From assembly GCF_001194135.2 (NCBI RefSeq), contig NC_068981.1, positions 199,088,902 to 199,131,134 of the forward strand: a stretch of 42,233 nt of DNA, written 5' to 3'. This document shows positions 10,136 to 21,635 of the stretch, in pieces (within the stretch, counting starts at the first letter, position 1; each line of letters starts with the position of its first letter). This DNA comes from Octopus bimaculoides (Eukaryota). The notes under the pieces were generated by a model. The model did not search any database and was not told the DNA's origin. It saw only the letters and a list, made by a program, of their open reading frames with translations. A program made the translations under genes and the position numbers.

Positions 10136-10392
10136 TATTATTATTGTTGTTAATTGTCTGAGTTCTTTTATCACACATTCTGTGACTTCTTCAATGACTA
10201 TCTTTCTTCTTCTTCATGTCTCCTCTTCTCTCTCTGGTCTTATCCTGTCTATTTAGTGGAATTCCCCAAGATGGAATGGACAGGATGAGAAGAGGAGACA
10301 TGGAGAACAGAAAGTGACTGAAGAAGTCACAGAATGTGTGATGGAAAGAGCTCTAACAAATAAACTAATAATAATAATAATAATAATAATAA
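10136..10392. repeat. Inverted pair of (AAT)n-tailed retroposon 3' ends, tails facing outward
   Basis: atcacacattctgtgacttcttca (10170) versus tgaagaagtcacagaatgtgtgat (10319). TTA tract on the left, AAT tract on the right. Confidence 0.75.
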
Positions 10393-11304
10393 GGCTAAAG
10401 AGAAGATCAAATAAATAGTGTGGATGTTTAACTGGAAAAAAATATGACCAACCCCAAGTATAATGAAAAATGTTTCAGCACATGATTTCACATCAAGAAT
10501 CTTGCAAAACAAATACATAAATGTAAAAACCAAAGTTGTACTTTATTAATAATATCTATTGACTCACCAACTTACAAAATAAAATTTCACTCTTCAAAAT
10601 TCACCTATATTTTCCTCATTAGAAAATTTCAAAACCACATCTATGAATGGTATTATTTGAGAGAAGAATTGTACTTATTTCTTATTCTGCATGATCATCT
10701 AGCCTTATTTTAACCATCTTCCTGCATACAGGTAAAATTATTGACTCTGCCGAAATATGAAACTAAAGTTTTTTTTTTGTTTTTTTTTCTGCATCCATTT
10801 CACTGATTTCAGAAACAATTTGAACTTTTTAAAAACACTTGCATCTTTTGTTTATTGTTCTGATAATTTTTTTAAATAATAATTTCAATGTTTTTCATTG
10901 AAGGCAGGAATGATTTTTTTGTTTTGAAATGTTTAATTTGCCCGGAATCAAACACCAAAGCACAATGTGAGCTGATTTTCAGTTCTAGTTCCAGACAAAC
11001 CAAAGCTTGAACTGTAGTTCTTGGATTTGTAAATAGGTCAACTATTTATGGTCGTTGGAATTCATGGCATTTGAGAGAGAGAGTCATTATTGGATTCATG
11101 ATCATCAAAGTTATGCTCCTTATTTAGAAATTTATCTGATTTTTATATGTGTGTGTATGAATGTTTTTAACTGCTAGACAAAAATCATTTGTAACATTCT
11201 CTATATCTTAATGAGGATAGATTGTTGAAAGACTGTGGTGAGGTTATTTGAACTGCTTCCATCATTAATAACAAATTAAAGACCATTGAATTTTCTCTTC
11301 ATGC

Positions 11305-11880
11305 TATGGTTTTATTATTATTATTATTATTATTGAGTGAGAAAGCAGTGCATGCTATCAAAGTGACACTGGGGTAAAATATACGAAGCCCATTGTACCC
11401 ATCATGACTATCCGTCTGATGAGGGTACACCAGGCACATGCATCACAACCATATGTGCGCGCCATGGTGATATCAAATCAAGATAAACAGTGCATGACTT
11501 CACAGGTGGGGCCCAGTTAGAATTTTCTTCATGTCGAGTAGCCCATCCTGCTCAAAAGGTCCCTGAATAAGGTTTGTTTAAGGATGTCAAGCAAAACACC
11601 CATGTTTCCAAAGGTGAATTATTCAAACCCCAAAGAATTCCTCTCAACACATGGCTATGATGCTCCCCCACTACTTCTGCTCATCATCAGAGATGCCCAT
11701 ATCGTCAGCCACCAAGGGACATGCTCAACTGGTTAAGGTCAAACAACTAACAAGCAAATCTGTGGTATTGAGCAGACTATTTGCTGTAGCCCATCTTTTT
11801 ATACCAAGTCAAAACAATGTACATGATAACACTTCCAATCAATTAAGATCAGAAGCCATGAGAGCCACTGCCTAGTACTG
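11305..11880 (-). mobile_element. Non-LTR retroposon 3' region with (AAT)n tail
   Basis: Abuts a (TTA)n tract at 11311-11335. GC-richer repeat-like body recalled as a common octopus repeat. Confidence 0.6.
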
Positions 11881-12305
11881 CGAAAACTCACAGCTTATTT
11901 TGCTGGGTATGATGGAAAGTGTCAGCTGTCCACAGCCAAGTGACTAAGGTGACACTTGTTTACTGGTCATGCTTCAAGAACCCTGCCAAGAATTCTTGCA
12001 GTTCCAAGCAATGCTGACTTTTGTAGGTGTTCTACCTTCGCACTTGCACCAATCTTTTCCAGCCATGTTGGTAGTTGAATGCTGATACTTCCAAATGCAC
12101 TAATTGCTATTGGTATCTCGTCTACTCTCTTCATTGACCACAATGTTCATGTTCCTCTCTTCAGATCGTTGTAGTTTTTTATTTTCTTCTTCTTCTTTCA
12201 CATTGATCCTGTTGTCACCGGGGCATGCTATGTTGATTATCATGAATGTTCTTTCTTTTTTATTCACCAAAACGATGTCTGGTTTTCGATGTCTGGTCAT
12301 GTAAT
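11881..12305 (-). mobile_element. R4/Dong-type LINE 3' end with restriction-like endonuclease
   Basis: RHRKPDIVLVNKKERTFMIINIACPGD, then ..IGAL GSISIQLPTWLEKIGASAKVEHLQKSALLGTARILGRVLEA*. Confidence 0.85.
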
Positions 12306-12937
12306 CGCACTAATCATCATCATTATTATTATTATCTTTTACTTTTAATCTGCATCTTTGTTAGAATCCTGGGGCGAGTGACGGATAAGAGATGTTACAG
12401 TATGACTGAAAGCTTGGGGAGGGGAAGTGACAGGAGCAGCAGCAGCAGCGAAACCTCTCCATGTAATACAACACAGACATTTAAATTGATAAATGGAGGT
12501 AGTTGTGTTCATCCCATGTTGTGATGCCTTAACTGGATGCAGTTTGATGCCATACGCCAGGCGTGTTCTCATTAGTATTATTATCATTTGCTTGTATTAG
12601 TGGTGGTGGTGGTGGTGGTGGTAGCACTGTTGCCAGCTGTTTGTTCTCTTTGACTCTTGCCATTGCTGTGGCTTCGTTGCTTTTCTCTCTCTGATCGTTT
12701 CTGTTGCTTTTGTGTTTGTCTTCGTTCTCGTCGTTGGCTGTGTTGGTGGCATGGTCTTTGTCGTTATTTATTTGGAGCACTTTCTAAGGCCTTCCAGAAT
12801 GGAGTGCTAATGGTCATCTTCCTCGACATGATCTTCCTGCCTATTTGAAGGAGACATTCTGTGGAGTGGGGGTGGGGCTGCTGGATGGATTTTTGGTTTG
12901 GTCTGTGTTAGGAATGAGAAGTGTTAATGGGGTTAGA

Positions 12938-13107
12938 TTAGCCATAGATGTGCACTGGATCGTTATTCTCATGGCCATTCAGACTGCTTGGTTCATTTTC
13001 ATAATAGCTGTTTGGTTGGTCAAGAGGAAGCTGCTGGTGGTGGATAAGGGCTGGAGGGGCTGGTTGTTCAGTGTCTAGCGTATGGGTGTGGGAGGACAGT
13101 AAAGTTT
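12938..13107 (-). CDS. Candidate terminal coding exon of an unknown antisense (nested) gene
   Basis: Acceptor ttattttcccgacag|. Phase-1 frame xTLLSSHTHTLDTEQPAPPALIHHQQLPLDQPNSYYENEPSSLNGHENNDPVHIYG*. Lies in a GC/CpG-rich non-repeat patch. No homology recognised. Confidence 0.3.
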
Positions 13108-13649
13108 CTGTCGGGAAAATAAATTTCAGGACAGGAAAATTAAATTCAAATCTAAATTTAAGACACAGGATAAAAGTTTTGAAGATATATCCTATATATT
13201 TATACATATATTTGTGTATTATGGTGTTAAGATCATAACTTAGAATTTCTTTCTCTGGAATGTCCTGGAATGTAAATAAACACCTTATTTTTGAGTAGCA
13301 ACTGAACTACATGTTTGCAGAAAGGAAGTGGGAAAGAGAGAGTGAGAGGGATGTGTAAGGTGTTCTTTCATTGAAGCAACCTTGTCCCTGTACCCTTATT
13401 TATGAACCTATAACTTCCTCCAACAACCATCAACTCATCTAAGTCATTCTCACCATATAGTCAAACTACAACAGTCTATTGTATATATATATATATNNNN
13501 NNNNNNNNNNNNNNNNNNNNNNNNNNNNNNNNNNNNNNNNNNNNNNNNNNNNNNNNNNNNNNNNNNNNNNNNNNNNNNNNNNNNNNNNNNNNNNNNAACG
13601 ATGATGATGATGATGATGATATATATATATATATATGTATATATATCTG

Positions 13650-13810
13650 TGTTTCTCTCCTTATTTCTTTCTGTGTTCCTTTCTGTGGAAGAGCATAGGC
13701 TCAAAACATTAAAGACTTTTTCACTTCCCGAGCGTTATACTAATACATGTGTTTGTTTTCTACACCACCTGTCTTCATCTTTTGGTTTTTTTTTGTGAAT
13801 TCTCTCTCTA
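13650..13810 (+). mobile_element. Second copy of the short Penelope-like repeat (hammerhead-like motif at 13679-13714, decayed)
   Basis: cttt-CTGTGGA-A-gagc atag gctc-AAAAC-ATT-aaag. The differences from the 1504 copy fall mostly at CpG sites. Confidence 0.65.
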
Positions 13811-14319
13811 TATATAGATATATATCTATAAATATAATATGTGACAATTAATTGATTGTCATAATAAAACTAATTGTCACATATTCTCTTTATAGATAAA
13901 TTCCTCTGTTTTACATAATATCGAGGTCTCATTCATTCTTTTGTTATCATATTATTATTATTAATATATAGATATATATATATAATGCATTGCAGAGTTT
14001 GTAAATAGTGTAGTGGATATGATTGATGGAGATGATGTCACTAAAGTGATGTTACTGGGCTTTTAGAATTGTGGTATTTGAAAAGAAAATTATTTGGAAA
14101 TATCACAAGCAATTTTAAGGGTTTACAGAGCATCTTAGGGAAAAAGCTGTGGAGATTTTTATTAGTTTTTGAAAGGAGTGAAGAGGTGCTAGAAGGATCA
14201 AAGTGATTACAGTATTGGAGCATGGGAAGTATGAGTTATGAAGGAAGCCTATATTACAACCAGTTATATAATGGGGTCTATAATGGAACTAAGATATTTA
14301 CAATATTAACAGTTATATA

Positions 14320-14460
14320 ATGGAATTTCTTCTGAGTTCAAATTCCACTGAAGTCAACATTGCCTTTCATCCTTTTGATACTGATAAAATAAGTACCAGT
14401 TGTGCACTGAGGGTCAATGTAATCGAGTTACCCTTACCCTGAAATTGCTGACATCATGCC
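14320..14460 (+). mobile_element. tRNA-derived SINE (Nin/Deu-like central domain)
   Basis: gagttcaaattcc B box, then gcctttcatcc...gataaaataagtaccagttg...ggtcaatgtaatcga. Other copies inverted at 19380-19500, 27615-27770, 35830-35995. Domain name is inferred. Confidence 0.75.
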
Positions 14461-14529
14461 AAACTATGAAGCCATTGTAAGGGTTATCTCCTGTGCTGTT
14501 TTATACATTCACTGCTAGATTCCACGATA

Positions 14530-14760
14530 TTCTTTCCTTTTCTCAAGGTGTAGGTTGAAGTCAAAGAGGGAGACCTCTCAATGGTTGCTTGACCTGCTAG
14601 AAATAACAATCAAATCTTCTTCAAATCACACTCTACAACTGTTAAAGGCAAAATACGATGGCTAACAATGTAGTGTTAGGGGCACAAAGTTGTTTGGCTG
14701 TAATACTGGATAGTTATGGTTGGAATGCCTCTGCTTATCAGTCAGTGTGATCAGAGATGT
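14530..14760. mobile_element. Interspersed repeat family
   Basis: ctagaaataacaatcaaatcttcttcaaatcacactc is related to 19590-19660 (inverted) and 29740-29990. Confidence 0.55.
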
Positions 14761-15256
14761 GGTTAAACAACCACCATCATGATCTCATTACCATTCCTTC
14801 TCTCTATTTGTTTCATCCATTCTTCATTTCCACAAAAATTCTAACTTCCATTTTAATTCTTTTTCCATTTTCTGTTTCAAAAAATTTTTTTTTTTTTATT
14901 CTTTTGTTTGGTTTTTCTAAAACTGAACTGCAAAAGCATAACCTGCAGACTCGGTTAATATCTTCTCTTCGTTAATTAACAATATTCATTATATTTGCTA
15001 TTTGCTAGCATCTATAATGGTGGCCACTATTCTGGATTAAAGTAATTGCTGTAAATTAAAACCTCTCTCTTAATCTCAAAGATAAGTTTGGAAATTTTCT
15101 TAGAATTTCATTTTCAGTTGAAGTCTGACACCACTTCATTTGATAGCAAAATGATAACTGTTAAAAGAAAATATATCAAATGAATAAATATATTTCTTAA
15201 ACATTTTACATTATGTGATGTGTGTGTGTGTATATATATGTGCGTGTGTGTGTGTG

Positions 15257-15286
<30 letters not shown>

Positions 15287-15289
<3 letters not shown>

Positions 15290-16035
15290 AGAGGGAGATG
15301 CACACGTTTATAAACATATATAGTTGCCATAGTAACAAGCTAACACACACAGTGAAGCTGCTTGGCAAAGATTGACCATGAACTCTGCTGTGCATGTGCA
15401 CTAGGTTTTAACATTCTAGCTCACTGTTTACAGCAGTGCTTGGAAGAAAGGTGTGTAGTGTGTGATTGCCACATTGGCCATGACAGGGAAAGTTGTCATG
15501 GCAATACCTGCTCAGAGGCCTACACAAAGTTGCAGAAATTGTATGGAGAGGAGTGTAGGAGCCGTGCACAAGTGGTTCAGACGTTTCCAAGATGGCTGAA
15601 AAAAACTTTGATATTGATGAGACCCACAACCAACAAAACTGAGAAAAATATCGCAGATGTGCATACAGCTGTGAGGAGAAATCATCAAATCACCATCCGT
15701 GAGTTATCAGAGGATGTGCAGATTAGTTACGGTTCACTTCAGTCCATTATCACTGAAGATTTGGGTATGAGACGCATATCTGTCAAGTTTGAGCCAAAAC
15801 TGCTTTCAGCTGACCAAAAAGACACTCAGGTTTCTGTTGCACAAGATCTCCTTCTACTTGATTGTGTCGAGAACAATGGAAACTTCTTGAAAACTTTGTG
15901 TAGGCCTCTGAGCAGCTATCACCAAGCTTTTGGCAAAATCTGATGCAGATTCTCTGCTCAACTTTCTCTTTCGTGGAGAATGTAGTGATCACATGCTACA
16001 CACCTTCCTTCCAAGCACTGCTGTAAACAGCAGAA
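15287..16035 (+). mobile_element. Mariner fragment (HTH region) ending in an inverted copy of its own 5' part
   Basis: ...SEAYTKLQKLYGEEC.SRAQV, RNHQITIRELSEDVQISYGSLQSIITEDLGMRRISVKFEPKLLSADQK. 15894-16030 is the reverse complement of 15423-15529 and reads KVEQRICIRFCQKLGDSCSEAYTK. Confidence 0.9.
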
Positions 16036-16039
16036 ATGA

Positions 16040-16495
16040 TCTAGAACATTAAAACTTAGTTGGCCAATTCCCAACAGGAAGGTCAGTTGGAAGGCTGTTC
16101 TTGTGCTTCAAAGACAAACTAAAAGACAATCTGAAGTGATACAACATTTCCTTTTCTTCCAGGGAAATCAAAGCATCAGAACACAGGACCTGGCACCAGT
16201 CCTGCTTCTCCTTAGTTCAAAGATTTGAGCAAAGTTAATTCCAGCTTCGGGACCAACTTCTTGCAAGCATGAAGGCATGCTGGCAAAAGACTGCTCCTCT
16301 AAATGGAAACCTTACCTGTCATTCTGGTTTTGGAGCAGGAAGCAAAGCAGGCCTTGCCCCTCCACTCAAAAAAACTCAGAGTAAATGATCTACAAGCACT
16401 CAAGCAAATTGAGTCCTCAACTTGTTTCATTTGCCAAAAAGTTTGCAAGGCACCAGCAGACCTCAAGAGACACATTCATGTCCATAGGACATGAT
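16040..16495 (+). mobile_element. RTE-type LINE 3' end with C-terminal C2H2 zinc finger
   Basis: ..FKDKLKDNLK*YNISFSS.., then CFICQKVCKAPADLKRHIHVH*. Confidence 0.8.
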
Positions 16496-17002
16496 TAACA
16501 CTTTATTTTACTGAGCCCTCATTTGTTATTCATGACAAGAGAAGCCATCTTATGTATATATCAAAACAGGAGATTGGAAAACTTTTTGGCATTATTTATT
16601 CACCATTACACATGTTTCATTTGCTAGTAGGAATTACAAAATTGTACATATATTAGAAAACATGCAAGATATCTTCTATTACAAATTCTTCAGGCTGAGA
16701 ATCAAATGATAGCAAAAAATGTTCCAATCTTGTGTTTTGAAATTATTATTCTGAAGAAAATATTTTCTAGTATTTTTAACTTTTATGCATACCTCACACA
16801 AATATCACATCTACATTCAGATTTGAAAAAGTGAAATAAACAGCTGTGCTTCAAGACAATGCATCTTGGATTTTAACCCTATTGATATAAAATATAGACG
16901 TCTGTATGTGTGTGTTCTCATCATTTCCTGTTGTTATCTTTGCTTGCTTCAAACCAATTTGTTTTATTTTATTTATTTATTTTATTTTTTATTTACTTAC
17001 AG

Positions 17003-17107
17003 AGGGAATTAAAGTTGCAAAATCCACATCAATAAATAATCTTTTAAAATCTGAATTCTGGCTTATAGTAAACAACAGGGAATATCATGTCACACCTCCT
17101 GAACAAA
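17003..17107 (+). CDS. MCU: Internal coding exon of mitochondrial calcium uniporter (N-terminal domain; equivalent to human exon 4)
   Basis: Strong acceptor (ttttatttacttacag|) and donor (|gtaagt). 105 nt, phase 1-1. Translates xGIKVAKSTSINNLLKSEFWLIVNNREYHVTPPEQ, which aligns ungapped at about 16/35 identities to human MCU 131-165 (DGVRVAASTGIDLLLLDDFKLVINDLTYHVRPPKR, recalled from memory). No other MCU exon (e.g. WDIMEP) was found in the window. Confidence 0.9.
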
Positions 17108-17971
17108 GTAAGTACAAAGACTTTCTCGGTTTACTTTTTCAATCCTAAATTTCATTCAGTACATTTTAATTATTCTAACATTAATTATAACTGCAGTATC
17201 TTGTCAATCTACCAACCTGCATTGTCTACAAACTGTCAAGGGTTTAGAAATCTTTATAGTTGGAATCACCTTTTGGTTCCATTTCAAGTTGTCACTCATT
17301 ATTCAACATATATTCTTATTTGGTCAATCTCACTGAGTGACACTTCTCTGAGCCTGTCTTCTACCATCACTGACTTGAATTGTTTTAAATGTCTTATCTC
17401 ATAATATTCTTTAACAAGAGTCTGATTTCTTTGTAAAGTGGTTACAGTACAAAATATTTAGGATCTCACCTTAACCTTCATCACATTAACTAACCCTCTC
17501 ATTCCTTCTTGGCTAAAAATGCCTATAATACTTTTTTAAAATTTATTTATTTATTTACACCTGGTGTTGTTACTTTCTTTCTTCCTTCCAATCCCGTCAC
17601 TTCACTCTTTACACGGCTCTATTTAGTTCCGTGTCACTTACTGCTTGTTTGGGGCTCTGTTTCAACCCCAGAGATTTGCGATCGTCCAGCTGTCCTCTAC
17701 ATTTAAGTTTTTTAATTCTTTCTCACTGTCTAACAAACTGTTGTCCAACTCCAGTTGGAAGTTGAACCTTATTTAGAAAGATATTTCAACTTTCTAAATA
17801 TTTGCCTTACTTATAGCAATAGAATTTACATCATGGAGTTCCAGAAATTTTGTTATATCAGGTTCAATGTTGCTTGTGATCTCTCCACAGATCGACTCCA
17901 TTCACACCAATGTAGCAGCCTAACATCATCAGTTTCATTCTAAACTTCCATGTATATATATATATATATAT

Positions 17972-18250
17972 GAAGGAGCATAGCCTAGTGGTTAGGGTGT
18001 TGCACTTGAGATGGTGAGATCATGGGCTTGATTCCTAGACTGGGCATTGTGTTGTGTTCTTCAACAAAGCACTTCACTTCACTTCACATTGCTCTGCAAT
18101 CATTTCACCATTTGACATGTGGTACATGGTGCAACTGTACAGGTAATGTTGATTTGATGGAGGCTGTGAGCTTATGTGTACACAAACATTTGATCATTAT
18201 AAACAAATCACCTGTGTGGTTGTTCAGCAAGAAATTGCTGAAACCTCAAT
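17972..18250 (+). mobile_element. tRNA-derived SINE
   Basis: A box tagcctagtgg, B-box-like ggcttgattcc, core gttgtgttcttcaacaaagcacttcac. A related inverted copy lies at 32810-33000. Confidence 0.7.
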
Positions 18251-18274
18251 AAGAGAGTCCATTTTATATATCAG

Positions 18275-18553
18275 CGTCATCATTCATCATCATCATTTAA
18301 TGTCCGCTTTCCATGCTGGCATGGGTTGGACAGTTTAACTGAGGTCTGGCAAGCCAGGAGGCCACACCAGGCTGCAATCTGATCTGGCAATGTTTGTACA
18401 GCTGGATGCCCTTCCTAAAGCCAACCACTCTGAGAGTAGTGAGTGCTTTTTAAATGCCACTGCCACAGGGGTCAATCAGGTGGCACTGACATTGACCGTA
18501 CTCGAATGGTGCTTTTTACATGCCACCAGCAGCATTGGCATTGGCCACAACTA

Positions 18554-18555
<2 letters not shown>
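18275..18555 (-). mobile_element. (GAT)n-tailed LINE 3' end
   Basis: (atc)n-atttaatgtccgctttccatgctggcatggg...cagctggatgcccttcct. Confidence 0.85.
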
Positions 18556-18590
<35 letters not shown>

Positions 18591-19379
18591 TGGATGGATG
18601 GATGGATGGATGTGTGTGTGTGTGTGATGTCAAGTTGTTAGAATGGCATTTCTGCTATTATGGCACTTAAATCTTTCAACCCATTTGGCTTTGAACTTTC
18701 TGAACCCTAATTCTCTTGTATAGAATTGGATATTAGTCTAACTTCTGTATTGAAGTGTTTCTCAATGTTTGGTAAATTCGGTTCCCATCTGCTCACAGGA
18801 TATTGCCCCTATTGGCTGTCAAGGAACTCGTCTGCCTTTGACATGCCGATACAATGGCATCCTAAGCCGTTTTGTTTCATTCCACTTTTAATGTTACTTG
18901 TGTGGAATGCAGGGAGGTGGGGATTTATTGCTGATAATCAATTAAGAATTATTATTTGGAAACCAGTTTTTCCTTCAGGGAAGATATTGTTTTGGGAATA
19001 TAGATTTCTGTTAACAACAACCTTTGAACACATTTGATCGATTTAATCTACATGGTTTGTATGAGGAACATTAAACCAACATAACATACATCAGTTAATG
19101 GGGTTGGCGGCGGTGGGGGATTGATTAATCAAATATTCTAACTTAATCCTATTACTCATTAAAATGTCATCCCAACTCATTCCCACATTTCAGATCAATG
19201 CTTACACGGAAATTTATATTACAATGTAAAACATTACAATGTTAACAGCTGTTGAATCATTTTGTCAGAAATGTTTCAATGGAGGTGAACATGTGGAGCA
19301 AATGAAGAACTTGATCTATTGTACAAATGAGAACAAAAACAGCCCCCCTGTAAACAGTTTTCTCTTAGCTTACTCTAAG

Positions 19380-19500
19380 CTCAAAGCCTGAAATTTTGAG
19401 GGAAGGGGTCAGTCAATTACATCTTCAGTGTTCAACTGGTACTTAATTTATCGACCCCAAAAGGATGAAAGGCAAAGTCAACCCTAGCAAATTTCAATGC
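19380..19500 (-). mobile_element. SINE, same family as 14320-14460
   Basis: aactggtacttaatttatcgaccccaaaaggatgaaaggcaaagtc. Confidence 0.75.
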
Positions 19501-20114
19501 AAAATGTTATATTGTGTGTGTGTTTTGATTTTTTGTATCTATACGAGTAGACTCTCCGATGTATTTTCATGTTATTTACAAATTTAAGATAGCAGGATGC
19601 AATTTATGAGAAATTTGGCTGCTATTTCCAGTGGGTCATGGTGACCATTTCCTTTGTTGGACACTTAGACCAGCTAACATAATGTGATGTTTCCTAGTGT
19701 CGGGCAGCAATGCCATTGGAAACAACTCTCTTGTACATTGTATTTGAATTCTTGAGAGAAGTGATTGATGAAAGGTTGGTGTGAGATGTGAGTTATTTAG
19801 AAACTGTGTGGCTGAGCGGAATGGCTGATTCTTATCCTGGCACCATTATCATAAACATCCAGGTCATAACTTTTAAACTTTATATTTTCTCTGTAAACTT
19901 AGAATCTTACTCTGGATATTATGTTATCTTATGAAAACAAACTGGTCAGTTCTTTTCACTGGTCAGTTTTTCTGACCTTGCCAACCATGACGGCCATAGT
20001 TATAAACAGCCCTCTTCTTTAGCTCCATGGGATTTTTCCCTTTTTAACTTATACCTCAGTATTGTTTCTTTATTTCATAATTTTGTGATTTGGAAGGGGT
20101 TTTACAAGTTGTCC

Positions 20115-20480
20115 AAGACCAATAATATCAATATAGCTGCTGTTTCTCTTTCAATAGTTGCACATTACCAGCTGCAGCAAAAAACATGGGTCGGTAGGAA
20201 ATTCCAAGGAGCAAACATTGTGAGGAAAAAGGACTGAGTGTAGTGGTTAATGTAGGGGTGGATGAACTGACCCTGGGTGAGGAATGGAGGTGGCACCAAA
20301 TCAGCCAGTTCTGGTGGTCAGAATACATGGCCCATGTGTGGGTCAGCAAATGACTTGTCTCCGTGACAGTTGCATATCCTTCTTTCAGCTGCTGTCTACG
20401 CTGCCTGTGCATCAAATAGCTGCACCAACCTTCCAGATGTGCGAGCAGAAATCCATTATGAGTCTCACCTGACCTCTCTA
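20115..20480 (-). mobile_element. Decayed CR1/L2-type LINE 3' end
   Basis: Minus strand has a ..CSHIWKVGAA.. type motif and FFLTMFAPWNFLPTHVFCCSWNVQL-like remnants of the FFxRTxxxWNxLP motif, across frameshifts. Confidence 0.55.
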
Positions 20481-21635
20481 CTGAGATACCAGTTGTTGAG
20501 GCTTGAAGAGGATTTGTTAATAGTAAGATAGGATTGACAAAATGTGAAGATAGATTTATAAGGATTTATAAATGTAATTCCTATTTGTAAACACAACTAA
20601 GTTTTTTTTTTTCTTGCATGAATTTAACTTCTCTAGATCAGTTTTAATTGATGGCCTGTAAATGCCATTAAAAGTGTTTCTTAACTTTCAATCTGACATG
20701 GCTAATTATTCTGATCCATTGATTTAACTCTCTCGCATAACTGGTGCAAACATAAAGCGATAATGAGGAAACCATCAATTAATTGAGGCCTTAAAATCTG
20801 GCCATAATTTCTGTTCAGTACCAAACTCCATTTCTATGTGTTACCTTTGGAAAGCGGTAGATCTCTTTGCAATTAGAAATAAAAAATACATTCTTTCATT
20901 TTTGGAATTTTATCAAAATAAACTGTAGCAAAATTTTTGCTTAATTTTTGATTTTTGTTTTACTGATTTTTAAGAAAATAAATAAAATTTAAAAGATAAA
21001 TTACTATACATTATATAACTTATTGCTTTCTTTTTCATTCAAAAATCATTTTATATTTTTTGTTATAACATTATTTCTTTTAATTTTCATCATTGATTTT
21101 TAAATCAATAGTATTTCTCAATGTAGATCAATCAATGAATCAGTAAGTTCTTCTCTCACAAAACATGGCATCTTTACATATGCGTGTGGATGTATATAGA
21201 TCCATTTCCATTCCATTTGTATTACCTTACTAGATCCATCACTCTTTTGCCTTTCATTTATTTCACACTAAGAATGCCACAGCTACACAATCTCAATCTA
21301 GTGTTCTTACATCACCATATTTACAGGCAATTATACAGGGTGTGGCAAAAAAAAAAAAAGAAATGTAAGTAGGAAATATTTTGCCACTCCATACTTAACA
21401 GTAGCAGAGCTTCACTATTTTGGGTTATTGTAGTACAGAGTCTAAGTCTCCATAGTTACAGTTTCTATATGTATTTTTGAAATATCCTACCACAGTAGAA
21501 GAAAAAAATCAAAATGGTCTGCACCACAGCATTTATTCGACAGAGGATCAAAGAATTCTTCAAACTGCAGTCTCTAAACAGCAAGTACACAGCAGTCTTA
21601 GAAATGAAACTCTTCTAATTAATTATAGTAAAACA

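Noticed and set aside
18726-19037. 103-aa plus-strand ORF
   Set aside because: No splice or homology support; length is compatible with chance.
21338-21360. tacagggtgtggcaaaa resembling the ITR at 34032
   Set aside because: Too short and no partner end found; at most a solo transposon end.
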